DNA of 64,000 bases from Firmicutes bacterium ADurb.Bin080 (GCA_002070965.1 MWEH01000193.1:245-64244); one strand, 5' to 3'. Positions 30,281 through 39,764 are shown, numbered from the stretch's first letter. Numbers and translations: made by a program. The notes: generated by a model not told the origin, from the letters alone.

Positions 30281-31441
30281 TTATCCCTTCTCAACCAGCT
30301 GAAGAACATAAGCAGGTTCATGCACAATTCCAAGTTTCTTTATGGTTTCCACAAAGCTGATTCCCTTCATTGAACTGATATAGCGAACCAAATCCTTAAG
30401 AAAATCATAATTAGGGTAAGCTAAACCAAGCATATTCATTATATAATCGTAAGCGTACCCAGTTCTATTTGAAATAACGGTTACTACATCCAGCAAGACT
30501 TCCCTGGCCTTATTTGAGGAGGCAAATGTTACGCCCAAATTCGTTATCGATTCATCATAAGTTTGGCCAAAAGTAATAGCTAAATCAACAATTACTTCGA
30601 TAAGCATTTCGTACTGATTTTCTTTCTGAAGATTGAGTTTGGTCACAATATAATCGTATGTATATCCTCCTCTTTCGTTCAACTCAGTAATTACTCTACA
30701 CATAGTTTCGCCGGGTATTGCAGATTTATTTATTACTTTGTAGTCGCATAAAATATTTTCTAGCGATTGATCAAACTTCTCAATTTCGGGTAGATTAACA
30801 AAGTCAGCGGGGATACTCCTTGGCCCCATATTATGAGCAATTCCAAGCATCCTTTCGGCTTCTTCCATCCCAGCTGCCCAGTAAAAAGCATTTAAATTTG
30901 CAAGTTGTCTCGAAGAATCCTCCTTATATGAACTAAAGTCATAACTGTAACTATCCGAGAGTCCGGATGCATAAGGTTGGGAGTGAACAATCATAATACT
31001 CTCTGCAACATCCATATAATCAGCTATTTTCTTTGATCTAATAGTACTCTTAAAGACATATCCCGCCCCTTTAAAATATTTATTATAATATTTGGCATAC
31101 TCAGAGTTTGCCTCCGCAATCCATCTATTGTGACTTACGGGAGTTTGGTCGTAGGTCGCAATAACAAAGTATGCTCTATTATTAAGAACTGAATAAGCTA
31201 AAATTTCTATCGGAAAACTTTGTATTGCAGCACTAAGGCAGTCAATATAAAAACTTTTTGATTCAGCGTTTGGGAAAGCAATGTTCCCTCTCTTTCCGTC
31301 CACTGCAAGTCTGTAAAACTTTGCAACCTCTGCATTTCTCGGCCCTACTCGGAAATTAGGATTGTCTTTCTTTTTCTTTGAATTTTTTACATATTTCTCT
31401 GGGACAACTTGTTCCATTTCTATTGGATTTCTGTTTGGCAT
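30281..31441 (-). CDS. Inactivated HUH/Y1 (IS200/REP-associated) transposase-like domain protein with four C-terminal HTH-like repeats
   Basis: Colinear with the recalled Y1_Tnp consensus: ILAYSVLNNRAYFVIAT vs ..AYCLM.NH.HLL.., SEYAKYYNKYFKGAGYVFKSTIRSKKI vs ..Y..Y.N.....GHLFQGRYKS..I, IMIVHSQPYASGL vs RYIH.NPV.AGL. The HUH histidines and the Tyr are replaced. The C-terminus has 4 units such as VISNRTGYAYDYIMNMLGL. GGAGGA RBS. Confidence 0.55.
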   Translation of the reverse strand: MPNRNPIEMEQVVPEKYVKNSKKKKDNPNFRVGPRNAEVAKFYRLAVDGKRGNIAFPNAESKSFYIDCLSAAIQSFPIEILAYSVLNNRAYFVIATYDQTPVSHNRWIAEANSEYAKYYNKYFKGAGYVFKSTIRSKKIADYMDVAESIMIVHSQPYASGLSDSYSYDFSSYKEDSSRQLANLNAFYWAAGMEEAERMLGIAHNMGPRSIPADFVNLPEIEKFDQSLENILCDYKVINKSAIPGETMCRVITELNERGGYTYDYIVTKLNLQKENQYEMLIEVIVDLAITFGQTYDESITNLGVTFASSNKAREVLLDVVTVISNRTGYAYDYIMNMLGLAYPNYDFLKDLVRYISSMKGISFVETIKKLGIVHEPAYVLQLVEKG

Positions 31442-31500
31442 TTTTCCTCCTATTGAGCTCTATAGGCTCCTAAAAACTAGTTTTATGCATTCTAAAGTAA

Positions 31501-32139
31501 CTATATTTCCGAAGCTCTTTCAAATGCTTCTTTTATTTCTTTTAATCCTACTTCTTCTTTGCCAAGAATCGTGGAAACCCTATCAGAGATGAAATTTTTT
31601 GCAGATTCCTCTAACATTTTACAAACCTCAAATGCTTCTTCTAGGGATTCTCCACAAACCAACACACCATGCCCCGCCATCAAACAAGCTTTCCTATCCC
31701 TGATAGCAGATACGGTTGCATTAGTAAGCTTAGATGTGCTTGGCAAACCATAAGGAGCAACTCTTACCTCACCCCCGATGAGTTTTACAAACTCATCAGT
31801 CACTGCTGGAATTTCAGTATGAGCAGCAGCCATAGACGAACACCATGGAGAATGAGTATGGATTACTGCATTTATCTCGGGACGCTCCCTGTAAATTGCA
31901 GCATGGATTTTCTTTTCAGTTGTTGGTTTATTCTCCGAAGTATACTCTAGTGTATTTATGTCAACTAAAACCATGTCTTCTGGTTTAAGAGACAAATAAT
32001 CTAACCCACTAGGAGTCACAATCATTGATGTTTCATCAAATCTCACAGAAACGTTTCCCCATGTGCCTCTAACCAAGCCTTCTTTCACAAGTCGCACTCC
32101 AGATTCTTTTACAAGGTTTCTAAGTTCTATTTCGTTCAT
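31501..32139 (-). CDS. Class II aldolase/adducin-family enzyme (FucA/AraD-like), metal ligands intact
   Basis: NKPTTEKKIHAAIY, VIHTHSPW and MAGHGVLVCGESLEEAF motifs. Start set to the ATG at 32139 (GAGGAG 4 nt upstream), 1 nt after the stop of the preceding gene. Confidence 0.8.
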   Translation of the reverse strand: MNEIELRNLVKESGVRLVKEGLVRGTWGNVSVRFDETSMIVTPSGLDYLSLKPEDMVLVDINTLEYTSENKPTTEKKIHAAIYRERPEINAVIHTHSPWCSSMAAAHTEIPAVTDEFVKLIGGEVRVAPYGLPSTSKLTNATVSAIRDRKACLMAGHGVLVCGESLEEAFEVCKMLEESAKNFISDRVSTILGKEEVGLKEIKEAFERASEI

Positions 32140-32140
32140 A

Positions 32141-32797
32141 TTACTCCTCTGTTTTTTTAATTTGATCAAGTAAATTTTCCTGATTTTTCTTACTATACTT
32201 CTTTTTATATATGAAATTCATAAGCAAGGCATCCATAAGACCTATTTTTACAGGATTACCAATAATAGTAGATTCTACAAAAGCCTTCGCTCCTTTTTCA
32301 AGCACCATTACTCCGGTAAATGCTTCCTCTAAAGTTCTTCCGACCGCCAAAGAGGATCCGTTTTGTATCAAACAAGCATTTCTTTTTTTAAGGGCTGTTA
32401 AAATGTCTATTACATTGTCTGATTTAGAAACCTTTGCAGAATATCCAACTATTTGAGCGAAATCATCCAAAACTGCAGGCAATTTATCCATCTTCCCTGT
32501 CACTATAGAACAATAGGGAGCCTGGTTAACTATTACCGCATTGCCTTCTTTTTTATAGCCTAATATTGCCATATGAAGGGTTTCTGTGGGGGACATATTA
32601 TCCCCTTGTGATACCCGCTTAAAATCCTTATCAGTTAGTTCTGGCAAGGGAATGCTTGGGTCAGTCAACAAAATGCTATCTCCCACTCTTACACTAATAG
32701 TATCGCCTTTCTTAGTAAGATCTTCTTTACCAAGAAGTTTCCCGATTTCAATGATTTTTCTTTTAACTTTTTCTATCATATTATCCTCTGTCTTCAT
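32141..32797 (-). CDS. Class II aldolase/adducin-family paralogue lacking the metal-binding histidines
   Basis: Same fold signature (..TETLHMAILGY.., ..SLAVGRTLEEAF..), but HTHS is replaced by VNQAPY and GHG by NGS. The ATG overlaps the kinase stop (ATGA). Confidence 0.7.
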   Translation of the reverse strand: MKTEDNMIEKVKRKIIEIGKLLGKEDLTKKGDTISVRVGDSILLTDPSIPLPELTDKDFKRVSQGDNMSPTETLHMAILGYKKEGNAVIVNQAPYCSIVTGKMDKLPAVLDDFAQIVGYSAKVSKSDNVIDILTALKKRNACLIQNGSSLAVGRTLEEAFTGVMVLEKGAKAFVESTIIGNPVKIGLMDALLMNFIYKKKYSKKNQENLLDQIKKTEE

Positions 32798-34335
32798 TCG
32801 TCTTCACCTTGAAATGTTCTGGTAAACCTATCTCCATTAGCCATTTCGTAGGCGTCCTTCAGGCCAAAATATATCTCCTTATATGTCCTATACATCTTGT
32901 TATAAATATCATAGTTAACTGGATTTGGAGTAAATACTTTACTAACCTTTGCAAATTTATACGCATCTTCAAATCCTTTCAACTCTCCTAACCCAATCAA
33001 TGCAATTATAGCACCTCCAAGTGCTCCTGCATTCCTTGGATTAGAGATTACAGAAAACTCTGTTCCTGTAATATCAGCTATAATCTGCATCCATACTTCG
33101 TCAAGTGCCCCGCCTCCTACTACTCGAAATGTGTGACATTTAAACAAATAGTCTTTTTTATAGTTATCAAGTATCCATCTCAAATTGAAACCTATCCCCT
33201 CGTATACTGCCCTCATGATATGTTCCCTAGTATGGACATTCGTCATATTAAAAAGAGTCGCTCTTGTAGTTGTAGTGCTAACTGGACATCTTTCGCCAAG
33301 AATCCATGGGGTGCAAATCAATCCATCCGATCCACAGGGGATCTTGACGATTAACTCATCCATTTTTCTGTAAATATCATCCCCGTATGTCTCCTTTTCT
33401 TTTGAAAAGAATTGATTCATAATCCAATCGATATTTGCTCCCGCCGATTCCGTTATTCCTGAAATCAAATTCATCTCAGGATCGGCACTCTTTATTGCTG
33501 CCGCCCCATTCTTGAATTTGGTTTTATCTTTTGAAGAAGCACATACCCATGCTGAGGTTCCAAGATATATATGGACATCTCCATCTCTTGTCATGCCACT
33601 ACCTATACATGCACTCTGAACATCATCACATCCACCAAATACGGGAGTTCCTTCAGCCAAGCCCATTTCTTCTGCTGCCTTTCCAAGTAAAGGGCCCACA
33701 TTGTCAGTCGATTTCACTAGTGGCGGGAGCTTAGACATATCAATTCCAGTTAACTTAAGGACAGATAACCAAGTGTTCTTTTTCAAGTCAAGTCCATATG
33801 AAGAAGCTCCCGATAACTCAGCGACCATTCTTCCTGTGCACTTCATTTTTAAATATCCGTTTACATCAAGAAAGTATTTTGTGCGTTTATAAATGTCTGG
33901 GCGTTCTTCTTTCACCCACATGATTTTGGCCACAACGTCCTTTCCCATTATAGGTGTCCCAGAAAAAAGAGTGAAGATTTTTGGACCACCAAATTTTCTC
34001 ATAATCGAGTCTGCCTGTTTTTGGGCCCTTCCATCGACCCAGGAAATATTGGGGTATAGTATTTCTCCATCTTCATCAACAGGAATTACGCCCATTGCTT
34101 GCGTCGCAAAAACTATACCTTTAACATCTTCTTTTTTTATACCTGTTTTCGAAAGTAGTTCTTTTGAGCTCTTACATACACCACTCCAATACTCATCCGG
34201 ATTCTGCTCTGCCCAAGCCGGGTACGGATAAGACATTCCATAATCTGCCCTACTTTGAGCGATTATTTTTCCAGAGTAATCCACTAGTACGGCTTTATTG
34301 GAACTGGTACCCATGTCGAAAGAAATAATATACAT
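32794..34335 (-). CDS. FGGY-family carbohydrate kinase
   Basis: N-terminal FDMGTSSNKAV, a C-terminal FGGY region (GGGALDEVWMQIIADITG), 513 aa, GGAGG RBS. Confidence 0.85.
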   Translation of the reverse strand: MYIISFDMGTSSNKAVLVDYSGKIIAQSRADYGMSYPYPAWAEQNPDEYWSGVCKSSKELLSKTGIKKEDVKGIVFATQAMGVIPVDEDGEILYPNISWVDGRAQKQADSIMRKFGGPKIFTLFSGTPIMGKDVVAKIMWVKEERPDIYKRTKYFLDVNGYLKMKCTGRMVAELSGASSYGLDLKKNTWLSVLKLTGIDMSKLPPLVKSTDNVGPLLGKAAEEMGLAEGTPVFGGCDDVQSACIGSGMTRDGDVHIYLGTSAWVCASSKDKTKFKNGAAAIKSADPEMNLISGITESAGANIDWIMNQFFSKEKETYGDDIYRKMDELIVKIPCGSDGLICTPWILGERCPVSTTTTRATLFNMTNVHTREHIMRAVYEGIGFNLRWILDNYKKDYLFKCHTFRVVGGGALDEVWMQIIADITGTEFSVISNPRNAGALGGAIIALIGLGELKGFEDAYKFAKVSKVFTPNPVNYDIYNKMYRTYKEIYFGLKDAYEMANGDRFTRTFQGEDE

Positions 34336-34370
34336 CCTGCCTCCTAACTAAACTGATGTAAAAAATAGTA

Positions 34371-35903
34371 TTAATCTATGTTTTTCAAATATTTCTCAAG
34401 GGCTTTTGGTTTAAGTCCTTTATTCGTTGAAACAACATTTGAAAATACGTTTTCAAACCTTTGTAAAGCATCATCAATAACATCTTCAGTATCGGCAAGA
34501 GAGGTATATAATCTTGAACCTGCGAGCGTTACAATTCCATTGGCCATATAAGCTGCTCCCATAAGTTCCATGGAGACTTTTCTCTCTGTCATTATTGCTT
34601 TATTACTTAACAGACTCGAAAGAGACTTCAACAAAAACATTGATGATGCGTCAAAACTCATCGCTCCGGTACATTCTAAATGCACTATGCTCCCTTGGCT
34701 GTATACTACATAAGGTAGATTATATTTCCCGACAAGCACCCTTAACCCTTGTGCCAACTTCTCTCCGGCCATTCCAGCTTTTACACATGCATTGGTTCTT
34801 TCAATTTCTTTAATCGTAAGATACCCTGCAAGAGACGAAAGGGGATTCGCTGCCAGTGTCCCTCCGACATAAGCGCGGTGCTTTCCAGTAGCGACACCTG
34901 CAGCCATTAAACCGGCGTATTCTCTCTTTCCGCCAACTCCACCTGCAGCTGGGTATCCTCCTGCAATAATCTTTCCAAATATTGTAAGGTCCGGTTCAAG
35001 TCCAAAATATCCTTGCGCGCCGGAAAGTCCAACTCTAAATCCAGTAACAACCTCGTCGAAAATAAACAGTGCCCCATATTTATGCGCGAGCCTCATTGCT
35101 TCCTTGTTATAGTCATAAGATATTGGTCTTGTCCCGCTTTCAGGCCCAACTGGTTCAACAATTACTCCGGCAGTCCCGCCTCTCATTCTGTTTAGAAATA
35201 ACATCCTCTCCAGCATATCAAGGTCATTAGGTCTTACTTCATCGGTTAATGAATAACATTTTCCAGGTATTCCATGGCTCTCAAGAAACTGTCTGCTTCC
35301 TGGAATTTTTAAGCCATAAACCATTTGATCCGACCATCCGTGATAAGCTCCACCCATTTTTATTATTCTTTTATTCTTTGTTTCTATTCTTGCAATTCTT
35401 AATGCAGCCATTACACTTTCCGTTCCTGAACCCAACATTCTAAACATTTCGACTGCAGGCATGTGCTTATTAATCTCTTTAGCAAGCAAAATTTCTGATT
35501 CATGAAGTAATCCTGTAACTGGTCCGCACTTGTCAAGATGCTTTTTTACCTCTTCTCTAATGGATGGGTAGTTCGATCCTAATATGGTTGGGCCTCCAGC
35601 TTGCAAAAAATCAATATATCTATTTCCATCAATATCGTACAAATATGCCCCTTCTGCCTTATCAACAACTAATGGAAAGGGATAATTAAACGCAAGATTA
35701 TGCTGAACACCTCCAGGAACATACTTTTTTGCATCAGTAGCTATGGCTTTTGATTTTGAGCATTTAACATCAAAATACTCTAATACTTTTTTGTGCTCGT
35801 CCTCGCTAATCTCATAAATCGGAACTTTTCTTAGGTTTTCAAGTTCACTGTTAATTCTGTCCGGTTCTTCCCACTTACTAATACTAAATTTTTGTTCTGC
35901 CAT
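34371..35903 (-). CDS. Class III PLP aminotransferase, glutamate-1-semialdehyde aminomutase-like, with an N-terminal extension
   Basis: PGGVQHNLAF..AEGAYLYDIDGNRYIDF, DEVVTGFR, FGKIIAGGYPAAGGVGG (PLP Lys) and GGTLAANPLS, matching the HemL-type pattern. Start set to the ATG at 35903 (GGAGGA 6 nt upstream). Confidence 0.8.
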   Translation of the reverse strand: MAEQKFSISKWEEPDRINSELENLRKVPIYEISEDEHKKVLEYFDVKCSKSKAIATDAKKYVPGGVQHNLAFNYPFPLVVDKAEGAYLYDIDGNRYIDFLQAGGPTILGSNYPSIREEVKKHLDKCGPVTGLLHESEILLAKEINKHMPAVEMFRMLGSGTESVMAALRIARIETKNKRIIKMGGAYHGWSDQMVYGLKIPGSRQFLESHGIPGKCYSLTDEVRPNDLDMLERMLFLNRMRGGTAGVIVEPVGPESGTRPISYDYNKEAMRLAHKYGALFIFDEVVTGFRVGLSGAQGYFGLEPDLTIFGKIIAGGYPAAGGVGGKREYAGLMAAGVATGKHRAYVGGTLAANPLSSLAGYLTIKEIERTNACVKAGMAGEKLAQGLRVLVGKYNLPYVVYSQGSIVHLECTGAMSFDASSMFLLKSLSSLLSNKAIMTERKVSMELMGAAYMANGIVTLAGSRLYTSLADTEDVIDDALQRFENVFSNVVSTNKGLKPKALEKYLKNID

Positions 35904-36005
35904 TTGTTTCCTCCACAAATTTATTTTTCTCTTTATAAGCCTTTTTTGCAAAATCTAATCTTATTCAACTAAGAATAACTTATAATCCCCCATATCCGCC
36001 AAATA

Positions 36006-39000
36006 CTATTGTACAATAAACGTGGCTGACCTGCCAGCTCCAGGATCTACTACGTTGTAATTATCACTAAGTTGAACATAGTATTCGCCTGGAGAGGTTG
36101 GCGGAAGTCCATCCAGCTGTCCATCCCCATCAGAATCAACCATCTCACCAGTTGAATTTACGTAGTAAATCAAGTCCTCACTTCTTATTGTTTGCGTAAT
36201 ATTATTGAATACATAACTTGCAGTATATATTCTTCCTCCCGAACCTGCGACCTCTTGGAAATTAACGCTAACTCCCGAAGGCACAACCTTTTGATTAACT
36301 ACAAAGGTATCAAATACGGGTATAATAATATATCTGTCTGACTGGCCAGGATCAACAGGATCAAAACTCCAATAAAAATCATATCCTATTACGTTCCCAA
36401 AAGTATCAAATCTTACACTTTCTCCTTGTTCTCTAGTAATTATGATTCTCAATTGATCTCCCGGTTCAAGAAAAGTGTTGTTAATTGTCTTCCAAGTAAA
36501 GACAGGATCTCCTGTACCATATTCTTTGGAAAGGTAATCGACCTGGACATCAATAGCCTTCTTGTTAATTTGAAACTTTGTACCTTGAAGTACGTAGTCC
36601 CCACCCAGAAAATAATCATTCTCGATAACTGAGACTTTCATTTGATACTCGCCCGGGTACACTGGAGGAGTGTTTGACCAAATATCCCCAATTAGGAAAG
36701 AAATCGAAACTGAAGGGGCATTAAAACTAACAACTGGATGAGTTATGGTTGCTATTGGTGAGGATATCATACCGTAGTTTTGAGCAATTTTGCTCATTTT
36801 AAGATAATCTATCGGAGAAACCTTCACATATGTTCTTACCGGCGAAGTAGTGGTTTTGCCCCAGCAACTAAACTGAACGTTTTGGGTTATAAATAAAGCC
36901 CCCGGTACCGTTTTGGTTTTATCATATCCGCTGGAAATGACAAATATATCTGTCATAGGAAGTATTTGATAAGTAGAAAAGTCTAAAAGAGGATCAGGGT
37001 TTGAGGAGGAATTAACATAGTTAAGTTTCAATATTCCCCCATTTAATTTTAATTCCTGTCCAACTGCATAGTTTGTAATTGTTGGTTGCGATAGAACAGA
37101 AATGCTTTCGAGATCTCTAGATGCAATATATATATTCAAAGAAGTTTGCTTCCCTCCATATTCTATTGTAGCTGTTCTGAATTTGACAATTTCGCCAGTC
37201 TGTGGATCAATGACATCGTAAAACCGATCGTATGAGGAACGAGTAATATACTGAGGTTGCAAGTCTATTAGTTGATAATCTCCCCCTTCTGTGTATCTTA
37301 CCGACAGCTGCAAAATACCTGTCGCAACCTGGTTTTCGCCTTCGTTATCTATGTACTCAACATAAAATCTTGTGTTGATATCTTCTCTGTACCCTACAAT
37401 TAGAACCCATTGCCCACTTATTTGAGTCATACCCATTTGTGTGTGGTCAAATGAAATTTCATGTACCTCCTGAGACTCTTCAAGGACTTCAATATCATAT
37501 TCAAAAGACCTTGAATAAGATCCAAAGCTGCGTGTTACTTTTACTTTTTGCTTGCCGGGAGTTTCCAAATTATATCCGCTAAAATCCCAATAAGCTGGAA
37601 GTACCCCAGATAGATCCTCTTCTCGATAAGTTCCATCTCCAAAAACATATCTTATACGCATATTCGTATCTAGGTTCTGATTGACCCCGGCATGATACAC
37701 GATTTGAGGAGGAACGCAGAGCCCTAAGGCAGATACATCATTAGGGGAAATATTAACCTCAAATGAAGTAGTGCAGCCCTTATATCTGATTATTACTGTT
37801 TGAATTCCAACTTTATACATATCGTATGAATACAAATATGCGGTAGAAACTGGCACATTATACTGTACAATATCTTGCCCGTCCGGGACTCTGTAATAAA
37901 CCGTCATTGTCATTAAATTTATCGGTATTTCACTGAATTCTCTGTAAGAGGATGACGGAACACCATTTAAAGAAATTTGGTAAATCTCGTAGTCTTCGAC
38001 AAAGAAATCCACTTTTTTAATCGCACCTTTGTAGTTAACAACCAGTTTGTAGTCCCCATTTTCTTCAAATGATTCGACGGGATTCCCCTCATTATCCTCA
38101 TATGATACATACTCTTCTGGTATTGGGCTAAGCAAAACCGGATTACCATATTTCATTTCCACATAAATAGAAGACCCCTGCAATGGAACTTCGGAGCTTC
38201 CAAGTGCAACGTAATTCCGGGTCGGTTCAACAACTTTAATTGAAGTAGGAGTATTGGGGACAACCTTAACGGTGAACCCCGCCTTTACTGCGCCCACCTG
38301 AAAATTGATTGTTTGATTTCCTAACTCATCTGCATTAGCAAGTTTAATGTCAAGAGTACTCCCATCATCGGCTAACAAACTTTCGTTCAAGCGTCCCCAA
38401 CTTTCAGTGTCTAAAGGGTCAAATGCATAAGTTGCGTTATTATAAAGAATGTTATACCTTAAGAAATCGGTGGTAATCCTCTCGCCATCAATGTGGTCCC
38501 GTTCAAGTTTGTTCTTAATGTCTGCCACGTTAAGTTCAAAAGGGGTTTTTGCGATTACATTTATGTCAATAAGTGCAAAAACATTTTCGTTTCCATATTT
38601 TACATATATTTTTTTATTCCCAACAGAGTTAAATCTATAATCCTTGGGAATTAACTCGCCGTTGCGTGCACCAAGATAAAGATATATCTCGTTTTTTTCC
38701 ATTGAAACTTCCGAAACATCTCCGTTATCATAAAGAATTGATAAAACCCCTGTCGCCCAATCTATTTGATCCCTTTCCACTATAGCAGTAAGAGGGGACT
38801 TAAATGTCTCTCCGCTAACAGTAAGCCCTTTAGTAATAGGCATAGTATATACTTCGAGAGACACAATCCTTGGATCAGCAACAACCGCGGTAAGATCATT
38901 AGGCAATGTTCTTAACCCCTTAAACGAAATTATGATGGGATTAGCTGCGCCAGGGATTTCGAAATTGAACTCGAACTCTATGTCATCTACAGATATATCT

Positions 39001-39719
39001 TGATAATCTAAAATTTGTTGACTTCCATTGTCATATTTTAATAAAAGACTTAAACCATCTGGATTAAACGTCTCCCCCACAAAATATTGTAGGTCAGAGG
39101 GTTTTGTATAAATTTCCATGTCTGTCAATGCTCTTTCAACAACCCGTATCTCAAGTGGGACCCTATGACCGGAGTATTCGATATAGACAGTATGATTACC
39201 TGGTTCCCATTCAGGATTGTAACCAACAATCATTTCCTTGGTGATATTATCTTGAGGAACAGTGTTGTTATCATACTCAATATTTATGCTCACGCCCGCT
39301 AAATTAAGTTCCGCTCCTTGCGTTACAACAATTTCTTCGGGGACGGAACGTATAGATAAACCCGTAACGCTAATATCCGTTACATTGATGTAAAGTTTTG
39401 TAGTTGCTCCTTCATAAAGTATATCCAAAGTTTGTGGGCCAACTACGTTGTTGTTGAAGCCATATATCATATCGCTCTTAAGGGCTATCTTCTGAGTTCT
39501 CCCAGATTCTCTTTTAACTAATAAAAATATTCCCTCCAGGTCCAAATCTTCACCGTATCCTACCGAAGTATTCTCCATCTCTTCCACTTGGATCTGGACA
39601 ACAGGATCGACATTCCCTATCCCACTACACGCGGTCAACAAAAGGACAGGCAATAAAACAGACATTATTAGTAAAGTTATTTTTCGCAAAACAGACATTT
39701 TTCTCCAGTAAGCGGGCAT
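36006..39719 (-). CDS. Large surface lipoprotein (1237 aa) with Big_3-like repeats and a C-terminal MBG-like module
   Basis: Signal peptide with lipobox LTAC (Cys31). Repeats of the same Y..G..L.L.G....V.Y.NG type as the 3945-aa protein. KEYGTGDPVFTW.. module near the C-terminus. An alternative start at 39698 (MSVLRK.., GGAGA RBS) fits the predicted TSS better. Confidence 0.85.
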   Translation of the reverse strand: MPAYWRKMSVLRKITLLIMSVLLPVLLLTACSGIGNVDPVVQIQVEEMENTSVGYGEDLDLEGIFLLVKRESGRTQKIALKSDMIYGFNNNVVGPQTLDILYEGATTKLYINVTDISVTGLSIRSVPEEIVVTQGAELNLAGVSINIEYDNNTVPQDNITKEMIVGYNPEWEPGNHTVYIEYSGHRVPLEIRVVERALTDMEIYTKPSDLQYFVGETFNPDGLSLLLKYDNGSQQILDYQDISVDDIEFEFNFEIPGAANPIIISFKGLRTLPNDLTAVVADPRIVSLEVYTMPITKGLTVSGETFKSPLTAIVERDQIDWATGVLSILYDNGDVSEVSMEKNEIYLYLGARNGELIPKDYRFNSVGNKKIYVKYGNENVFALIDINVIAKTPFELNVADIKNKLERDHIDGERITTDFLRYNILYNNATYAFDPLDTESWGRLNESLLADDGSTLDIKLANADELGNQTINFQVGAVKAGFTVKVVPNTPTSIKVVEPTRNYVALGSSEVPLQGSSIYVEMKYGNPVLLSPIPEEYVSYEDNEGNPVESFEENGDYKLVVNYKGAIKKVDFFVEDYEIYQISLNGVPSSSYREFSEIPINLMTMTVYYRVPDGQDIVQYNVPVSTAYLYSYDMYKVGIQTVIIRYKGCTTSFEVNISPNDVSALGLCVPPQIVYHAGVNQNLDTNMRIRYVFGDGTYREEDLSGVLPAYWDFSGYNLETPGKQKVKVTRSFGSYSRSFEYDIEVLEESQEVHEISFDHTQMGMTQISGQWVLIVGYREDINTRFYVEYIDNEGENQVATGILQLSVRYTEGGDYQLIDLQPQYITRSSYDRFYDVIDPQTGEIVKFRTATIEYGGKQTSLNIYIASRDLESISVLSQPTITNYAVGQELKLNGGILKLNYVNSSSNPDPLLDFSTYQILPMTDIFVISSGYDKTKTVPGALFITQNVQFSCWGKTTTSPVRTYVKVSPIDYLKMSKIAQNYGMISSPIATITHPVVSFNAPSVSISFLIGDIWSNTPPVYPGEYQMKVSVIENDYFLGGDYVLQGTKFQINKKAIDVQVDYLSKEYGTGDPVFTWKTINNTFLEPGDQLRIIITREQGESVRFDTFGNVIGYDFYWSFDPVDPGQSDRYIIIPVFDTFVVNQKVVPSGVSVNFQEVAGSGGRIYTASYVFNNITQTIRSEDLIYYVNSTGEMVDSDGDGQLDGLPPTSPGEYYVQLSDNYNVVDPGAGRSATFIVQ

Positions 39720-39735
39720 ATTTCCAGATATTAAT

Positions 39736-39764
39736 ATTATATATTATATAAATATAAATGGCAA
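39736..39764 (-). promoter_or_regulatory. Putative promoter of the 1237-aa lipoprotein gene
   Basis: Minus strand TTGCCA (39759-39764), 17 nt, TATAAT (39736-39741). Confidence 0.45.

Noticed and set aside
30281-31441. An active IS200/IS605 or REP-associated transposase, i.e. a mobile element.
   Set aside because: The HUH histidines and catalytic tyrosine are substituted. I saw no flanking subterminal hairpins, inverted repeats or tnpB. The gene has operon-like spacing and its own terminator. It is reported as a domesticated derivative instead.
35904-35951. N-terminal extensions of track ORFs (also 1699-1782, 5587-5613, 32140-32169, 62162-62191, 63874-63909).
   Set aside because: In each case an internal start codon with a strong Shine-Dalgarno at proper spacing gives an N-terminus matching the family, and removes gene overlaps. 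The extensions lack an RBS.
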